Assembly (NCBI GenBank): GCA_964016885.1
Contig: OZ024745.1
Span: forward strand, 36,332,001 to 36,396,000
DNA length: 64,000 nt
Source: Eledone cirrhosa
Lineage: Eukaryota
Reading direction: 5' to 3'
A model generated the notes under the pieces. It was not told the DNA's origin and did not search any database. It saw only the letters and a program-made list of their open reading frames with translations. Made by a program: the position numbers and the translations under genes. Positions 40,648 through 56,139 of the stretch are shown in pieces. Each line of letters starts with the position of its first letter. Within the stretch, counting starts at the first letter, position 1.

Positions 40648-41928
40648 CATACATATATATATATATACATATATATATATTTATATATATATATATGTAT
40701 GTATATATATATAGCATAACTATATGTGAAAAAAGCAATATATTTAACATGTAAGCATTACTGATAAACGCACGTTCAAATACTAACAAATATATTATTG
40801 AATGTAAGTCGAGATAAATTGAAATATAGGGGAGTCAACTCCTGCAAGATTTGCTTCTGGTTGCAGATATCACTTCTGAAAATAAAGTAATGTTCTTTTT
40901 TTTGTCAATCATCAATGGTCATAATATAGGATAACGTTTCTCTATAGAAATCATTCCATTTCCTGTTCAATGGAAATAGGAATTGGGATTAAACAGCAGA
41001 GCAGAAATCAATACGTCCTAATGCATGTAAACGTGTGATATAAACAGAAACTTATAATATATTGAGTAATTTTTTCAATATTATAGGCACATTTCAGTCA
41101 TAATTCTGAAGGAAATTTCAAACTAACGTTTGAAAAATCTCCATGTATCCATTTCTAGTTTGTTCCGTATTGAATATCTGAATAATTATTAATTTCTTCC
41201 AAGTATTTCTTTAATATTCTCTCAACAGATGAGAGACGAACAATGGCCATTCAAAATCTCAACCACTACTACACAATGATCTAGACATACATGGATACAT
41301 ACATTTTGAATATACACTTTTAAACGTTTACTCTTTTATAATTTTTAATCATTAGACTAAGACAATATTTGGGTACCACCTTTGAGAGATTTAGTCGATC
41401 ATAGTGATCCCAGGAATTATTTCATAATTTGTAGGTCTGTTACTTATATCTAACTACTTTTAACTAACCGCTAGATCACGGGGTATAAAGAAACACTGTA
41501 TGTACCTAAGTATGTATGTGTGTGCGTATATATAGCAAAGAAACAACCAGAAATATCCCTGCCTATCCATGTTTTCAAGTAATATATAGGTATTTTCATC
41601 CTACTTTACCAGCAGTTAATATAATCGATTTGAAAGGATCTGAAGCACGGTAAGACGAAACAGAAAAACATACCATTTGCACGAAATACACATTCATAGA
41701 AATAGCAAAAATAGATAAAGTCGTTCAGACGGCAGTCCTCGAAATGAGATGAGAAACGATGAATCAAGAAGCCGAACTGAACTACAGGTCGGTCAAATCA
41801 AGAAAGACCGAAACTGATTAGCAATCTGGGAAACAGTGATATGAGAATGGATATGATAATCGAGAGAATCGGTGGATATGAGGCAGAAGGGAGATAGGTA
41901 TATAAGGAATACCGGGAGAATTGTGATA

Positions 41929-41965
<37 letters not shown>

Positions 41966-41970
<5 letters not shown>

Positions 41971-42608
41971 GGAAAAAATGAAACGAAATTGCATTGCCCA
42001 CTCTTAGTACGGCTGTTACTTTACTTAAATATAAGTATGTACACGTACATACATATATGTATACAGACGTACAGTAGTATGTATATTTATATACATACAT
42101 GCACACATATATATATATGTACGTATGGATTCACCGAACATTTATTATAATGCTCAGTGTGTTTGTAAACAAACATCCCGTATTAAGCCGTAGTGTCCAG
42201 CAACCATCGATGCTCGTTTGTTCAACACTGACAAAGGAACGCTGTACTAGTTTCAAGCTTATTAGCTATCGTCAGCAACATATACCTTCCTGCCAGATTG
42301 TTGAACGTATATACTTACCTCAGGCATATTAACGGCTGAGTAGCCCAATTTGCATATCGAGTGGGTTAATCGCCCGGGTGCACCGAAAACGATAAACGGA
42401 AAAAATGAAACGAAATTTCATTTCCCACCCTTAGTACGTCTGTTACTTAAATATAAGTATGTATACAGATGTACAGTAGTATGTATATTTATATACATAC
42501 ATGCACACATATATATATATTTACGTATGGATTCACCGAACATTTATTATAATGCTCGGTGTGTTTGTAAACAAACATCCCGTATTAAGCTGTAGTGTCC
42601 AACAACCA
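41966..42608 (-). mobile_element. Family C ORF-less partial tandem (~1.5 units of ~400-430 bp) with hammerhead
   Basis: 41966-42206 is repeated at 42393-42608; HHR between the repeats; TA on both sides. Confidence 0.8.
42239..42281 (-). ncRNA. Minimal type I hammerhead
   Basis: Minus strand: ATGTTG-CTGACGA-tAGCT-aata-AGCTt-GAAA-CTAG-TA-CAGCGT; palindromic stem III, GUA site. Confidence 0.85.
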
Positions 42609-42744
42609 TATATATATATATGTAAATAAATATTCTTAAACGACTCCAGTTGCATTTTCAATTTCTTTTACTTATACATTCACCCGTGTAGGAGATCTCG
42701 TATTTTTTCTGTTGTTTTTTTTTAATAAAAAAACCCATCATTTT

Positions 42745-43026
<282 letters not shown>

Positions 43027-43074
43027 ATGTATATGTATATATATATATATATCATCAAATTATAAACGTAAACA

Positions 43075-43480
43075 TGTAAGTATGTTTTTGAAACGGTGCG
43101 CGAGGTATGAAATTAGGAATTAGAAATTATAAGCTTTCACCGTATTTTAGACTAAAGAAATTTCTAGCCTGATAGTGGGGTTTATAACCCTCGGAGAAAT
43201 GGAAAAAGGTGTGTGTTGCTGTACATGGGATTTATATATATATATATATATAGTCTATCTCAATTCTCCCGGTATTCCTTATATATCTATCTCCCTTCTG
43301 CCTCATATCCACCGATTCTCTCGATTATCATATCCATTCTCATATCACTGTTTCCCAGATTGCAACATGTACGACAACACTCATCTTTTTCCATTTCTCC
43401 GAGGGTTATAAACCCCACTATCAGGCTAGAAATTTCTTTAGTCTAAAATACGGTGAAAGCTTATCATTTCTAATTTCTAA
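43075..43480. repeat. Inverted pair of family G arms around (TA)n plus a 110-bp module H (43252-43363)
   Basis: 43110-43227 is the reverse complement of 43365-43480; H is the reverse complement of 41821-41930. Confidence 0.75.
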
Positions 43481-44323
43481 TATATATATATATATATTAT
43501 TGATAAATATATATTATATATATATATATATATCCGTATGGTATTGATAGATGCGAGAATGAATACTTAAAAAGTAAAGTTTAATAATTTTCCTTATTAT
43601 GGTTAAATGTTAATACATACATGACCTATAGTAGCATTAGCATAGAGCGATTTGTCAATGGAACTAACATTATAGATAAAGACACTTTCCTGGCACTACG
43701 TTTTTACGAGGCGAATTCACTAAGCACACTCCATGTGCCTTAGATAATATGGAATGTATATTTTTAACGTACCCGCTTGGCAACATATTACAGAGATGGT
43801 ATTATCTCCAAAACCATCAACTGTTTGATATTTTCTCGCTACTAGAATGTGAAGGGATCTTAGAATATAAAGCGAAATAACTAAATAACCACAAGGGCGT
43901 CTCATAAACTCTTCTAATAATCCACTATTCCTTTAGATAATATATATAAAAATAACCTCGGTGTAATTGAACGATAGAAATGTAAAAGTCCTGAGAGAAT
44001 AAATCGCAGTATTAAATTACGCGACTTTGTGTTTTGCGTTCAAATCCCATCTGCAGTTCATTTTCATTTCGTTCCTACGAGATCGATGAAAATAAATAAT
44101 CGGAATCTCATGACCGATTTCTTTTGAGGGAGACTGATATTATTTGTTTATTTATTTATTTATTACCCAAATAGAAGTAGCTATGTAACATGATGAGGAA
44201 TAAATATCTCAAGTAACTTTGTTGTAAACTAGGGTCACATCGAAGTTCAAATCCTACACTGATATATATCATAGAGAAATAGTGTTAAGCAAACAAAGAT
44301 TCATACACACATACACAACATTA

Positions 44324-44392
<69 letters not shown>

Positions 44393-47300
44393 TATATCTA
44401 TCTATATTTATATATATATATATATTTATATTTATTATTTATCAAAATATGAGCATGACTTGTTGGTTAGAAGCTCGTTTCACAGACTTGGGGGCTGGGT
44501 TCTTTCACATAACGTAGCATCATGGGCAAGTGGTTTTCACATAAGGTCGAATGAATTCAAGAATTAAGTGTGAAAACTGGTAAAAAGAAAACCGTGTGGA
44601 AGCACGTCGGGTGGATTGTACTCATAGATCAAAAACCCTACCTTGTCACATAAAAGTTGATAGAATACTTATCGTTTCATCGTTTCACAATTGTATGCCA
44701 ACCTGTGGCATACAATTCTGAAACGATGAAATGATAAGTCTGGATGTACACACAAATAATATAAAATGACGTAAAATAATCACATCTGATGACTGCGCAC
44801 CTGCATATTCTTGGTTCTCATGGCTAAACAAACTAAAGAACTAAATATCATATAAGTAACGGAAGTTTGAAAGAAGAAATGCATTGTTCATTTCGAAACC
44901 ACATGAGAAGTTTTCTTCAAACAAAACCCAAATAAAGAGTTTTATTTTTCAAAACAAGAACCTGAAACCTAGAGAAATCTACTCATCCATGAAATGTATA
45001 GCACTTAATCATGACGTTAAATATAGGGTAGAAGGTGAGGCAATATCTAAATATAATATAAATAATACAAAAGAAAAATAATACAAAAATCATATCAATA
45101 AGAAAAACGGAAATTCTGTAAGAACGACAATGAAACAAATTTCATTATAGCACCCTCATGACAGCTATAAATATCACGAAAATGTGAAATATACTATCTC
45201 GACAGCTTACCGTATTCATATGTTTCAATGTCTGTATACTATTTGGAAGGAAAGACCAACGAAATAAACACTAGTTACAGAAACGAGAATACAACTCTGC
45301 ATCAACAATAACAATAGTTTCTTATATAAACAACACTAAAAACAAACACTAATGGATAAACATGAAATCGTTGAGACTGGAATATTACAGTGGTAACATT
45401 GATATATTTTAAGATTAAAGAATCTTGTGTTATTGAGACATTAGAGTATTAGAGTATATAGGTAGGTTCAGTTCGGTTGTGGAAATACTTCTGATTCTAT
45501 GCACAGCATTAGCTAAATCTCTCAGCAACAGGTACCGGGTATTCTAAATATAGTACTTCTGTGGCTCTCAGGTTACTATGCTTTATATAAAAACAACCTT
45601 TCTGTTGAAATGGTATAATTTTACATTTCAATAATGTGAATACATTCAGTAGGATGCACATTAAATATTTATATTTTTTTAAAATTAATATTGAAGCAAG
45701 CTACATTATTTACTTGAAAAAGCAATTTTCAGCTACGTAGTTACATTTTTAAATCCCATCCCCTCAAAAGAAAATCATCAATAATACCACTTTAAATTCA
45801 AAATAGGTAAAAACATAGCCAACGCAAAGATTGATAATGTCAAGTTAGTGAGTTGAAGTCACTTAGCTTCAGTCTTAAATCTTCTCTTGTGACTTCCAGA
45901 TATTTTCGATTTTGCTGTAGTAAGTGATTTATGGCACGAAAACCAATTCATGTAAATATGAAGATGGATATGGTAACATTAGATATCTGGAAAAATGAGT
46001 TGGCGACGTTGAGCCGAGTATTTACTATTGGCCTTATCACGGAGTTAAATTTCAACTCCTTTTACTTCGAATATGATTTTTACACATCCAGCATTTTCTA
46101 TTTCAGACAATATTTTTTTGCAAACAATGCATACACACAATAGTCATATCTCCTGATAATGGCTTAGTTTGTGAATATGGTAATTGATCTCATTTCATTT
46201 CAATTAAAACATCTGTAATTTAATTCACAGACAAGTGTTTGCAAATTATCAACAATAACAAGTAGAGTTACCTCTCTTTTGTTTAGCAAATATCTCTGGA
46301 TGTATTTTGTGTCAGAAATATTCAAGTGACCTGATTCTAGGATAGTTTTGAAGCTAGATATTGTGGAATTTGAACCGACCGATTTATTGTTTACTGATTA
46401 AGTCTTACAAGCGCACTAATGAAACATTGCGTCAGGAAATCGTGGAATTAAAGCCTACACAACTAGCACATTCATGCAAAATGTCATGCATAGCTATGTT
46501 GTCAGAAATGGAAGCTTGCTCCTGTTGGTGAGTCATTTACCCAGAAAGTTAGAATAATGTTTGGCAACAAACCTACGTTAAAAGTACTCACGTTACTTTT
46601 ATGATACAATACAGTAAATGAAAAAACATTTAAAATATCTTCTTACATGGGGCGAAATACTTATATCTTAGTAAACATATTCTTTCTTTGTTATTTAAGT
46701 AGTCAACGTCCATTAAAATCAAAGTATTATTGCCAGCATTATTTTATATTGAAAAATTATAAAACAACCGTTTGCTGCAAGAAATAAGATACTTTGATTG
46801 TTGAGTTTGAAAAATAGGACTTTTATGGGGATTATACAAACATGTTTTTCAAAACAATGTCCTCGACGCACATTTTGTTTCAATTATGAAACAATCAAAT
46901 CTGAATATAAAATTTACTCTTGATAGGCACTTCACTTCAGATATAAAATGCTATCATTTACAATGGAAAGCTGTTATTGAAAATGCTTTGGTGATAGAAC
47001 TCGAATTTGTGTTAGATTAAGTTACATTTACCGTCGACGTGTTAAATTGAAAACCCTTAAAATGGCTCTTGAAAACAATTTTGTAAAACTGTTTGAATTT
47101 ACATAATTCGGAGTATAATGGAATAACATATTTTCGTGTCCAACGAGATCACTGTCCAATATGTGTCAGAGAAACAACAAAAACATTGTATGATGATAAC
47201 ACTTCAAATAATATAAAACACACAGTCAATGCTCTATCTGATCGTACTGTCTTGTGGAGTTCCCGCTATGCACTAAGATATTGCTGTTAGATTGTTCAGA

Positions 47301-48978
47301 ATATATAATGCTGCATTTACCAAAGATTATGCTTCTGAAATCTACGTTTTCTCCTTTATTAATATCCGTTAAGTCTATTATTTCTGTAGCTACTTCATAG
47401 CTTGCGTACTTAAATATCTTTCATCAAATGTAAATTAATGGTACATGCATAACATAAAAAAGAATCAAAACTGAAATATTCAAAGATTCGTGGAGAAAAG
47501 TATATGTTTTCTCTCGAGCAACTTTCGGTTGAATCTGAACATTTGCTATACTGAGAGTTGTATAGTTATGTTGATGCCTTTCCTGAAAAGCAATATTTAA
47601 AGTCTACTGAAAACATTTGGATGCTCTCCTCAAAAGCGTTATAAAATGCTGTTGAAATACACTAGGTATTTCGATATTCAAACAACACACGGACAGTTTA
47701 TGCAGTGTGTTTTGAACCATTTCCTTATAACATGTGTATCTATTGTAAAATATACTTATTCACAAAACAAATCACTTCTTATGGAATAAACTCTAAGGAT
47801 GTATAGATTGACGTCATTGGTACCGTCTTACAAATGGAACAGCAAGTAACATTGTCTGTCGATAAGGATTTAATAAAGCAGCAGTGTGTGTATCACATGT
47901 AAAAATAAACCATCCCAAAGGTATTCCTTGAACAACAGATTAACAAGCTGACCTTAAAATACTTACCATTGTAGAGATTGTACTGAAATATAAACATAGG
48001 TCATGCCTGTGTTGATAATTCGTCAATATTTCAAGTGAAAACTTTTCAGAAAAGATGCTATATATAGCTAAACAATTAATGTTCCTGAAATCAAAAATTG
48101 TTTACATATCTAAATATTTCTATTTATTTCTGAAAAATTATTTAGAATCTATGTTACATGGGACGCAATCATGTGGCGAGTAAGCGTTGTTTTGGAATGT
48201 AAAGAGGTATTGTGTTACTGTGATAAAGAAATATTTCTGTATAACGTTTGAGAACATTTCCCACTGACTATATAATGCACTATACTAGAAATTATTTAAA
48301 ACCTTTCCATTGATTTCTGTATTTTTATGAATTATATAATTATAAATGTTACTTACATTTGAGTATTATGTTTACATATATTTGGTTTTTTAAATATTTT
48401 CACTTCTCAAAACCGAAGTACCGCAGAAAATCCATAGTAATGGAGAAATACGACACTGCTGCTTACAAAATACGAAAAAAAAATTATTGTGCAGTCGTTT
48501 CGTTATTAGCAAAAAGTATGCTTGAAAATGTTCTGTCTTCAAATTTCCACTGCATTTTTTTGAAAACTTCGTTTTTTAAATCATAAAATCTTAGTGACGT
48601 TAAAGAAATATTTTGACTATATTCTAAATTGAAAATATTTGACAACATAGTTTTAGTTTTCATGTGTAATTTTATTTCTTCCTTCAGCTGTATATAGTAT
48701 TTACAGATGTAAGAAACAAATTATATTGTGAGGGCAACTTGATAACTAAATTGTTAGGCGCACCTTAACCCAAATTGAACAAATATACGTTCGAATGCTT
48801 TCCTGCTATATCCATCCCATCTTTGGGGCAGAAATGTATCTCATTTTTCTATCAATTAAATTTGAAGTTTGTGCCTACATACGAAATTAGTAATGATACA
48901 CACACATACACACACATATATATAAGTATATATATTTATATTTATATTTATATATATATATATATGTATATATGTATA

Positions 48979-49166
48979 ACTAAGGAAGTGTGGTAAGGAA
49001 CTAGATGGACCATAACGCACCAGAGTACTCAATACTTAGGGTAGTAGAGTGGGTAATATGAAAATGTTTAACCCTGACGGCAGAATTCAAGCCGTTTCGA
49101 CGGCTATTTCTGGTTCAGAAATAGCCGTCGAAACGGCTTGAGCTCTGCCGTCGGGGTTAAACATTT

Positions 49167-49169
<3 letters not shown>
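48979..49169 (-). mobile_element. Family A module, fold-back palindrome 49062-49166
   Basis: tttc-GACGGCTATTTCTG-gtt-CAGAAATAGCCGTC-GAAA-CGGC..GCCG-TC; ~51 bp arms; TA on both sides. Confidence 0.8.
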
Positions 49170-49207
<38 letters not shown>

Positions 49208-50433
49208 ATAAATACAGTTCCAGTTCCAGCACGCGATGCTGTTACACGGTCCATCTCGTCTATATATCTCACATTTTAAGCTACATGTCTATGTCAGAAA
49301 TCAATATATAATATTTTGATTTCAATTTATACTGAAATAAATAGAAAAGAGAAGAGTTGATAAAACAAGCCATCAAACATGATCACCCCCAACAGTGCCT
49401 CTTTCATATAATATACAAATTGATTAATGTTTTTATATACGTCTTCTTACGAACAATCAGCTGATGAAATTTACGGGATGGTTGAAGAGCATTAAGAGCG
49501 ACACGTACAACTTTAACGCAGTTCTCATAATACAATTTGACACATTGTGTGACAAGTTTTGTCTTTTGAATTACAGATACAGTTTGTTTTTACATCCAGC
49601 TAAGCGTATAGCTGTTGACGGACACAACATCTCACGGAAAATAGATATAAACCGATGATAATTGTAACCCTAATGCCCCAGAGGTGACTTCATATTTTCA
49701 GAATCATTCATCATCAAACAACGCAGCTGAAAAAAGGTGGTTATCTGGTCTTATCTCCAGGCTATATCTGCTTAATGCTATAGGCGTATGGAATGTTGAC
49801 ATTCCACTAGGTACATTAACGCAAATTGCATAGCTGTAATATTTTCTGCCGAATAAAACTTCCAGTGCGAAGTCACTTGCACTGACCTCACACCAAACGT
49901 ACCTCATGGAATATTAAACTCTTTCAGCATACACAGCATAATTCGTTCCAGTACACGATTCGCAAACCTCATGTATATTACAAATACAAACCACTCATGA
50001 ATAGGAAAGAAAAGAATTCCGAAAGTCATGCGATGAAGCTACTGATTTTAACAAACAAACCAATGTATATTTTAAACCCCCCCAAAAAACATGTTTTAGA
50101 TGGTGAGGACAAAGACGAAGATATCAACGATGACGAAGGTTTACAAAGGAAGTAGACAAGAGAAAAAGAACTTAAAAAATTCATTGAAATACAACTATTT
50201 CAAATATGTTTCTTATATGAGATTTGAAAAATTATGCATCTTAAATTTTAAAAATATATTTATGAAAATATTAAAAATGAATTCGAAGCCCAAAGAAAGA
50301 AAATAATTTTCCAGCGCTGAGTATTTCTCTTCAGGCTGTGCTATGCGTATGTATGTAACGGTTTGACATTGGAAAAGTATAAATGCATGTATATTTATAT
50401 ATATACATGAATATATATATATATCTGCGCGCG

Positions 50434-50498
<65 letters not shown>

Positions 50499-50504
50499 GT
50501 GTGT

Positions 50505-50541
<37 letters not shown>

Positions 50542-50984
50542 TGCGTGCATGTGTATGCGTTTGTATGTGTTGGTTTATGTATTCAAAGAAGAATGGTATA
50601 CACATATATACACTTACACTGTATCGGAGTATATACCTGCGTGTGTACTAAACTTACAAAAGTAAAAAAATGAAATATTGAATCATACATTGTATTACTG
50701 GCTTACAAGATTTCTCTTGTATTATTTATCCTGTTTTCGTGATGATGTGAATAACATGTCTTTCTAAATTATACGTGAGTGTGTTTGTGCTGCATTGTCT
50801 CATCAAAATACGTACCCTGCCTTCCCAAACTAAACACACACATTAGTAAACTCTTGTGTATCTACACCTATACCCTTCTATATGCCCATCTATATATAAT
50901 TATTTATTTATTTACACAAATATGACATGTCATGCTCCAATCAGGCTACAAAACACTTGGCAAACCGTAAACCGAACACCATCG

Positions 50985-51183
50985 TGCGCCCATGTTTCCT
51001 GCTAAACCGCGCATCCATGTTTCCTGCTAAACCGCGCAACCATGTTTCCTGCTAAACCGCGCACCCATGTTTCCTGCTAAACCGCGCATCCATGTTTCAT
51101 GCTAAACCGCGCACCCATGTTTCCTGCTAAGCCGCGCACCCATGTTTCCTGCTAAACCGCGCATCCATGTTTCCTGCTAAACC
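50985..51183. repeat. 25-bp minisatellite, 8 copies
   Basis: Unit CATGTTTCCTGCTAAACCGCGCAHC starting at 50991, 51016 ... 51166. Confidence 0.92.
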
Positions 51184-51249
51184 AACCCGCGACTCATGCT
51201 TCAAATTCAAATTCATCATAATTTGTTATCATTAGTTTTTAGACGGATT

Positions 51250-51900
51250 CCTAATCCGACTTAGAGCTACTTACAGCTGGTCATTGCTGAATACACTTTC
51301 TGACAGGGACAGACATATTACTAACGGTTTAACTGGACATTTTGTTTATTTTTGTTAACTTATAAAGTGTCTCTTGATGTCAAATAAAGTCTTGGGGCGA
51401 GCTTTTTGTTGCAAGCATAAATACAACACTCATGTAGTTACAGAACAACCAGTTGGGTGCCATTTATGTGACCAGTACTTGGATTCAAGTTGCGAAGAAA
51501 CCTTATTATGGGGCCTTTGTTTTAGATTCAGTTCATATGGAGGCATCCATTATTATGCTTATTGAAATAAGAACTCTGAAGGGAAATATATTGCCAATTC
51601 CTCATCTTCATTACGTTTTGTATCTCAACGTTTATATGTTGTGGCACTTCTTGCAATACCGTTCAATGATGAATTGATTAGCATCAGTGAATTTTGGGTT
51701 TTGTTCTGAAGATGATCTTTGTTGAAAATTCCTCGTTTGCATTCTCACTCGTGACATCAACAGATTCAGCGAATATTTCTCCATGATATTACCCTACATC
51801 AGAACGAAATTTGATGCAACTTGGTGTTCGTAGTCGTATCATTTATTTTGTAATCTCCACTCTTCAGAGGCCACATAGAAAACTTATCTTGGTCCTCTAC
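51250..51900 (-). mobile_element. Possible highly decayed Tc1/mariner relic
   Basis: Only faint resemblance to mariner motifs (KRG..; KVSA.W.P) on the minus strand; no clean TIR pair. Confidence 0.25.
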
Positions 51901-53719
51901 TCTCAGTGAAATTTAATGTTTGCACAGATCTCCCAATTAATGACTGCTGTATGCATGAGTCAATGATATCAGCATCTGTGAGTCTTAGAATCATATTCTC
52001 TGTTTAACGAAAGTCCTTTCCAAGAATGACCTTACCTCAGAATGAGTATATTAGTTATTCTGAGAGCGTCAGGAGTATATATAGCGTCGATCCTTAATCG
52101 ATAATAAGGAGAAAGGCATGGAAAATACAATTAGAGTCATGAGTAATGTGTTTTACGGATTATTTTGATGAATCTAGAATAAGAACAGGAGCTCTAAACC
52201 CGTTGTCTGGCTTTCCACCATCTTATAACGCTGCTGCTAATCATATGGTTGCAAAGGAGATAATACTTTAAATTTTAGGTTATTCATAGAATATACGAAA
52301 GCAAACGTATGCCTGATATTGAAATGAGTTTTAGAGGAAGATGCCTCAGCCATCTACCCCATTTATTGATATTGTTTATCGGATCACTTTTTTCTTTTAA
52401 AGTTGCGAAGACAAGTCCATCACTGTCTTCAAACAATGAAAGCTAGTTGCTCCCTTCATACTCAACAGTAATATTCTGTGACGGAAGCTTGCAGATACTT
52501 TATGGCTGATTATTTATAAATTTAGTATATTATTCCAGTTACACAGTGTGGTATTCCTGTCAAAATCATACTGTAATTTCATGAATGAATGAAATGGTTG
52601 CCGTGCCACTTCGTCTCGTTCATTCAGACGAAAGCATGTTGCCATGTGTCTATAGTTCTGATTAGCAGTGTCTAAAGCTTGTCCCCTGTGAATTGCAATC
52701 TGTTCTCTCTCGAAATATACATCCGACTGTAGTTGGATGTGGTTTTTAACGCAATTTGCATTCCATTTGTCACCACATTATTTCAGGGGCACTAATGTAT
52801 CTGGCATTCGTTTATGAACAAATCTCCGGTCAGTATTAATCTTATCTATTTTAGCCTTTACACAACCATTGTCCTTATACATTTGAAGTTGTATTTAACT
52901 CACTTAACTAAATTATATTTTGAAGTTAGTTAACCTTGAAGCTGAGATACTTGTTGTAAGGAGCCACATATCTGCATTCAACTGATTCGATGTCAAATTG
53001 AATATATATATTAGCCCATCAACATCTGCCTCCTTGAATCCCTTATGGAATCCTTTGTTATATGTGTTATTCTTCATGCATGGTGCAATCGGATTCTGAT
53101 CGTCGCAAGGAACGTGATTCGTGCATGTCTTGATTCGTGCATGTCTTGATTCATAACTGATGGCAACTTCTACTTTATGTGGCTGATTAAATTGATTATA
53201 TTAATTGATGATGGTCAAAATGTGTGCATTTGGTAATACTCGTTTAGAGGATGAAAATATACCTTATTCTGTCTAGAATTATTATATAGGATTAAACAAA
53301 CCCCTTATTGTTATGTGGAGCATTCCTGTACAATATCTGCTTAGTCTAAATATATTTATTCAGAAAAGGGTATAATCATAGTAATACATACGAGTATAAC
53401 TAGCTTTCCGAAGTTTCTTATTGTAGCTATGGCATCATGATAGCACCGTCTCATATTACTTGGACATACTTGAAATCTTGATGGTCAATAACTATGCACG
53501 CTACATGAGTTTTTACATCTCCGATAACAGTGTCTAGTTGATCCTTAAGTATATTTGATATAGTTCGCCACAGGGATTCCGTTGTTGATTCCTAACAATT
53601 CAAATTATTAGCCTTCGTTTGAAAGTAGAAATCGAATAGCCCTTTGCTAAACTAATCTCTTACCAAGCAGAAGTGGACTATGTTCTTCTGGTATGATCGT
53701 TAGGGTAATTTAGTATTGC

Positions 53720-54815
53720 GACATATTTATAAAAGGGGGACAAGACAGATTGCTCCAATTATAGAGGGATCTCCTCGTTAAGCATTCCCGGTAAAGTCTA
53801 TGTTAAGTGTCTGCCAAAGAGGTTGTTGCGTCAACGCTAACTGATAGATAATGTTGCTTTTGCCCCGGACGCAGAGCCGTCGACCATATATTCATACTGC
53901 CGCAGGTCTTTGAGAAACCGTCGGAGTACCGTCAAGAGGTGTATTCTGCTTTCAGAGATTTCAAGAAAGCATACGGCCGCGTTCCATGGGACATACTATG
54001 GAAGGTTCTGCAGGAGTAAGGAATCGATGGACAGCTTATTATTGCCCTGGTGTCGCTATATACAATATTTGTGTTGGGATAGATGATGCTATGTCGAAAT
54101 CTTTCAGTGTGAGTCGGACTCCGAAAGGAGGGCTTGATATCACCTGTCCTGTTCATAATCGTGATGAACAGGATTGATATGTGTAGCCTATGTGGAAGTG
54201 GTATCATGATTGGTGGGTCAAATATATGTCCGCAGGCATTTGCAGCCGACATTCTATTACTTAACTCATGAGAAGATGATCTATGACATGCACTTGGTAC
54301 GTTTGATGCCGAGTGCTGTACGGATGGAATTGAAATCAGTGCTGCAAAGACTAAAACACTCAAGGAAGCCTGCGCAGTGCACTCATGTGAGTGGAGTTCC
54401 ACTGAAGCAGGTGGAGAATTTCAAATATCCCTAATCCGTGTTTACGAGGGGGGATTCGGGAGGCAGAATTAAGTATAAGCGCCAGTTTCAGCATTGTAAT
54501 GCGTTTCAGCATTGTAAGCGTCAGTAATGCGCCAGTTTCAGCATTGGATAATCAGAGGATAGTAGGTGTTGTAATGGTAAAACCTACCATTTCAATTCGG
54601 TATTTGTGCTCATCCTTACCTATGACCATGCATCTGGCTAATGTCGGTAAAAATATGATCGGGAGTACATTACTCGATAGAGTACGAAGCTTGGAGATCA
54701 GAACGTCTTTCCAGGTAGAGGCACTACCTTTCTGAATTGAGAGATCTCAGCTCTGATATTACGGGCATCTGTTTTAATGACTCAGGAAAAAGATTTACGA
54801 ACAAATACAACTGGC
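53720..54815 (+). pseudogene. RTE-clade LINE reverse transcriptase fragment
   Basis: YKKGDKTDCSNYRGISSLSIPGKVY, PGRRAVDHIF, FRDFKKAYGRV, AFAADI, QVENFKY, IERSQL*YYGHL; multiple disruptions. Confidence 0.88.
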
Positions 54816-56139
54816 TTGTCTATATATAACGCCATGTTTTCTACACGTGGTTGAATATTATGATTTGCTGCTTGTTGATCTCTCTACTTCTCTCAATATT
54901 TTATGTGCGGAGGAATACACACTGTTGTTCTTTATCAAGTTGATCAAAAGCAGTCACATTTTGAAGGAGATATCTTATATTAAACTCATGCTCTACTCTA
55001 TCGCTGACATTTTCAGTACCAACTTCGTAAAGGTGGGCCAATTATTCTGGTTCTTCTCCAATAGGATGCATATTGCTTTTGCCATGATACATTTGGACAT
55101 TCACGCGAAAGCAGAATAGTCCGCAACTTGAAACATTAGATATCTGAATCCCCGTAGAGCAAAGGAAATTACTGAGTTGTAAGATTTAATGTTGTGTTTG
55201 ATGTTTTTGTAATTAGCATTCCTTGGTTTACTCACTTAATCATTAAGATATGGTAGTGTCTCATAGCATAGAAATATGACTTTACACTTGCAACGACAGT
55301 TATTGAATTAACCATTCAAGTGAGGCTCTGCTAAGAAATGCTTTCCACTACAAAACCATAAAAAAATATTCATAAGCTTACATGAAGGACGCAGTAAATT
55401 TCCTTTTGAAAAGCTATAATTATTGAGTGTATTGCTTACAATTAAATGTCTCTTGTGAGCTTCCTCTACATTTTCAGGGTGTAGTCTCTTATGGTAAGTT
55501 CTAGCGAAGTCCTTTGTCTTTCTAATCTTGGCCTTTTGTTTCTCGGGTTTCATTATGTAACCTTTCTTTCATTCTTATTCTTTCTACCTCTCACACTGTT
55601 TCTTTCTTTATTTGTGTTCAAATGAACTTACCCACCAATAAGCCATATTTCGTAACATTTTGAATAAACGAATTGAAAAATCAACCTCCTAACTGATCAG
55701 CGAGTTTAGATAACACAGTAAAGAATTTCATTTCCCACATGTAACCTTCTATTTTTATGATCACCCTATATTTAATAGCAGTAACACATATCGATAGATA
55801 AATCAACTTACCACCCGGCGGATTAAAGTGTGGAACAAAACGAAGATTATTAACAACTTATTCATAATAATTTATAAGAGAGGATTATGTTTATACGAAG
55901 TGTGAAATACAACGAATATAATTTTTAACACATTTATATTTATTTAAAAGACATAACAGACATCGCACGTAATCTGTGGAACGTAGAATCAAAAGAGTTG
56001 AGAGTAAACGTACAAGTGTTAGTGAGTTGGTGCAATATACACAAGGTAGATAGCAGGCAAATGAGCAGGAAAGGAAGATTTGAATACAGCAGATGCTTAG
56101 TGGTAGTAAGATAATCAGAAAATTAAACCCTTTCTAATC

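Noticed and set aside
50985-51183. CRISPR array
   Set aside because: Head-to-tail repeats with no unique spacers, no cas genes, and a eukaryotic context.
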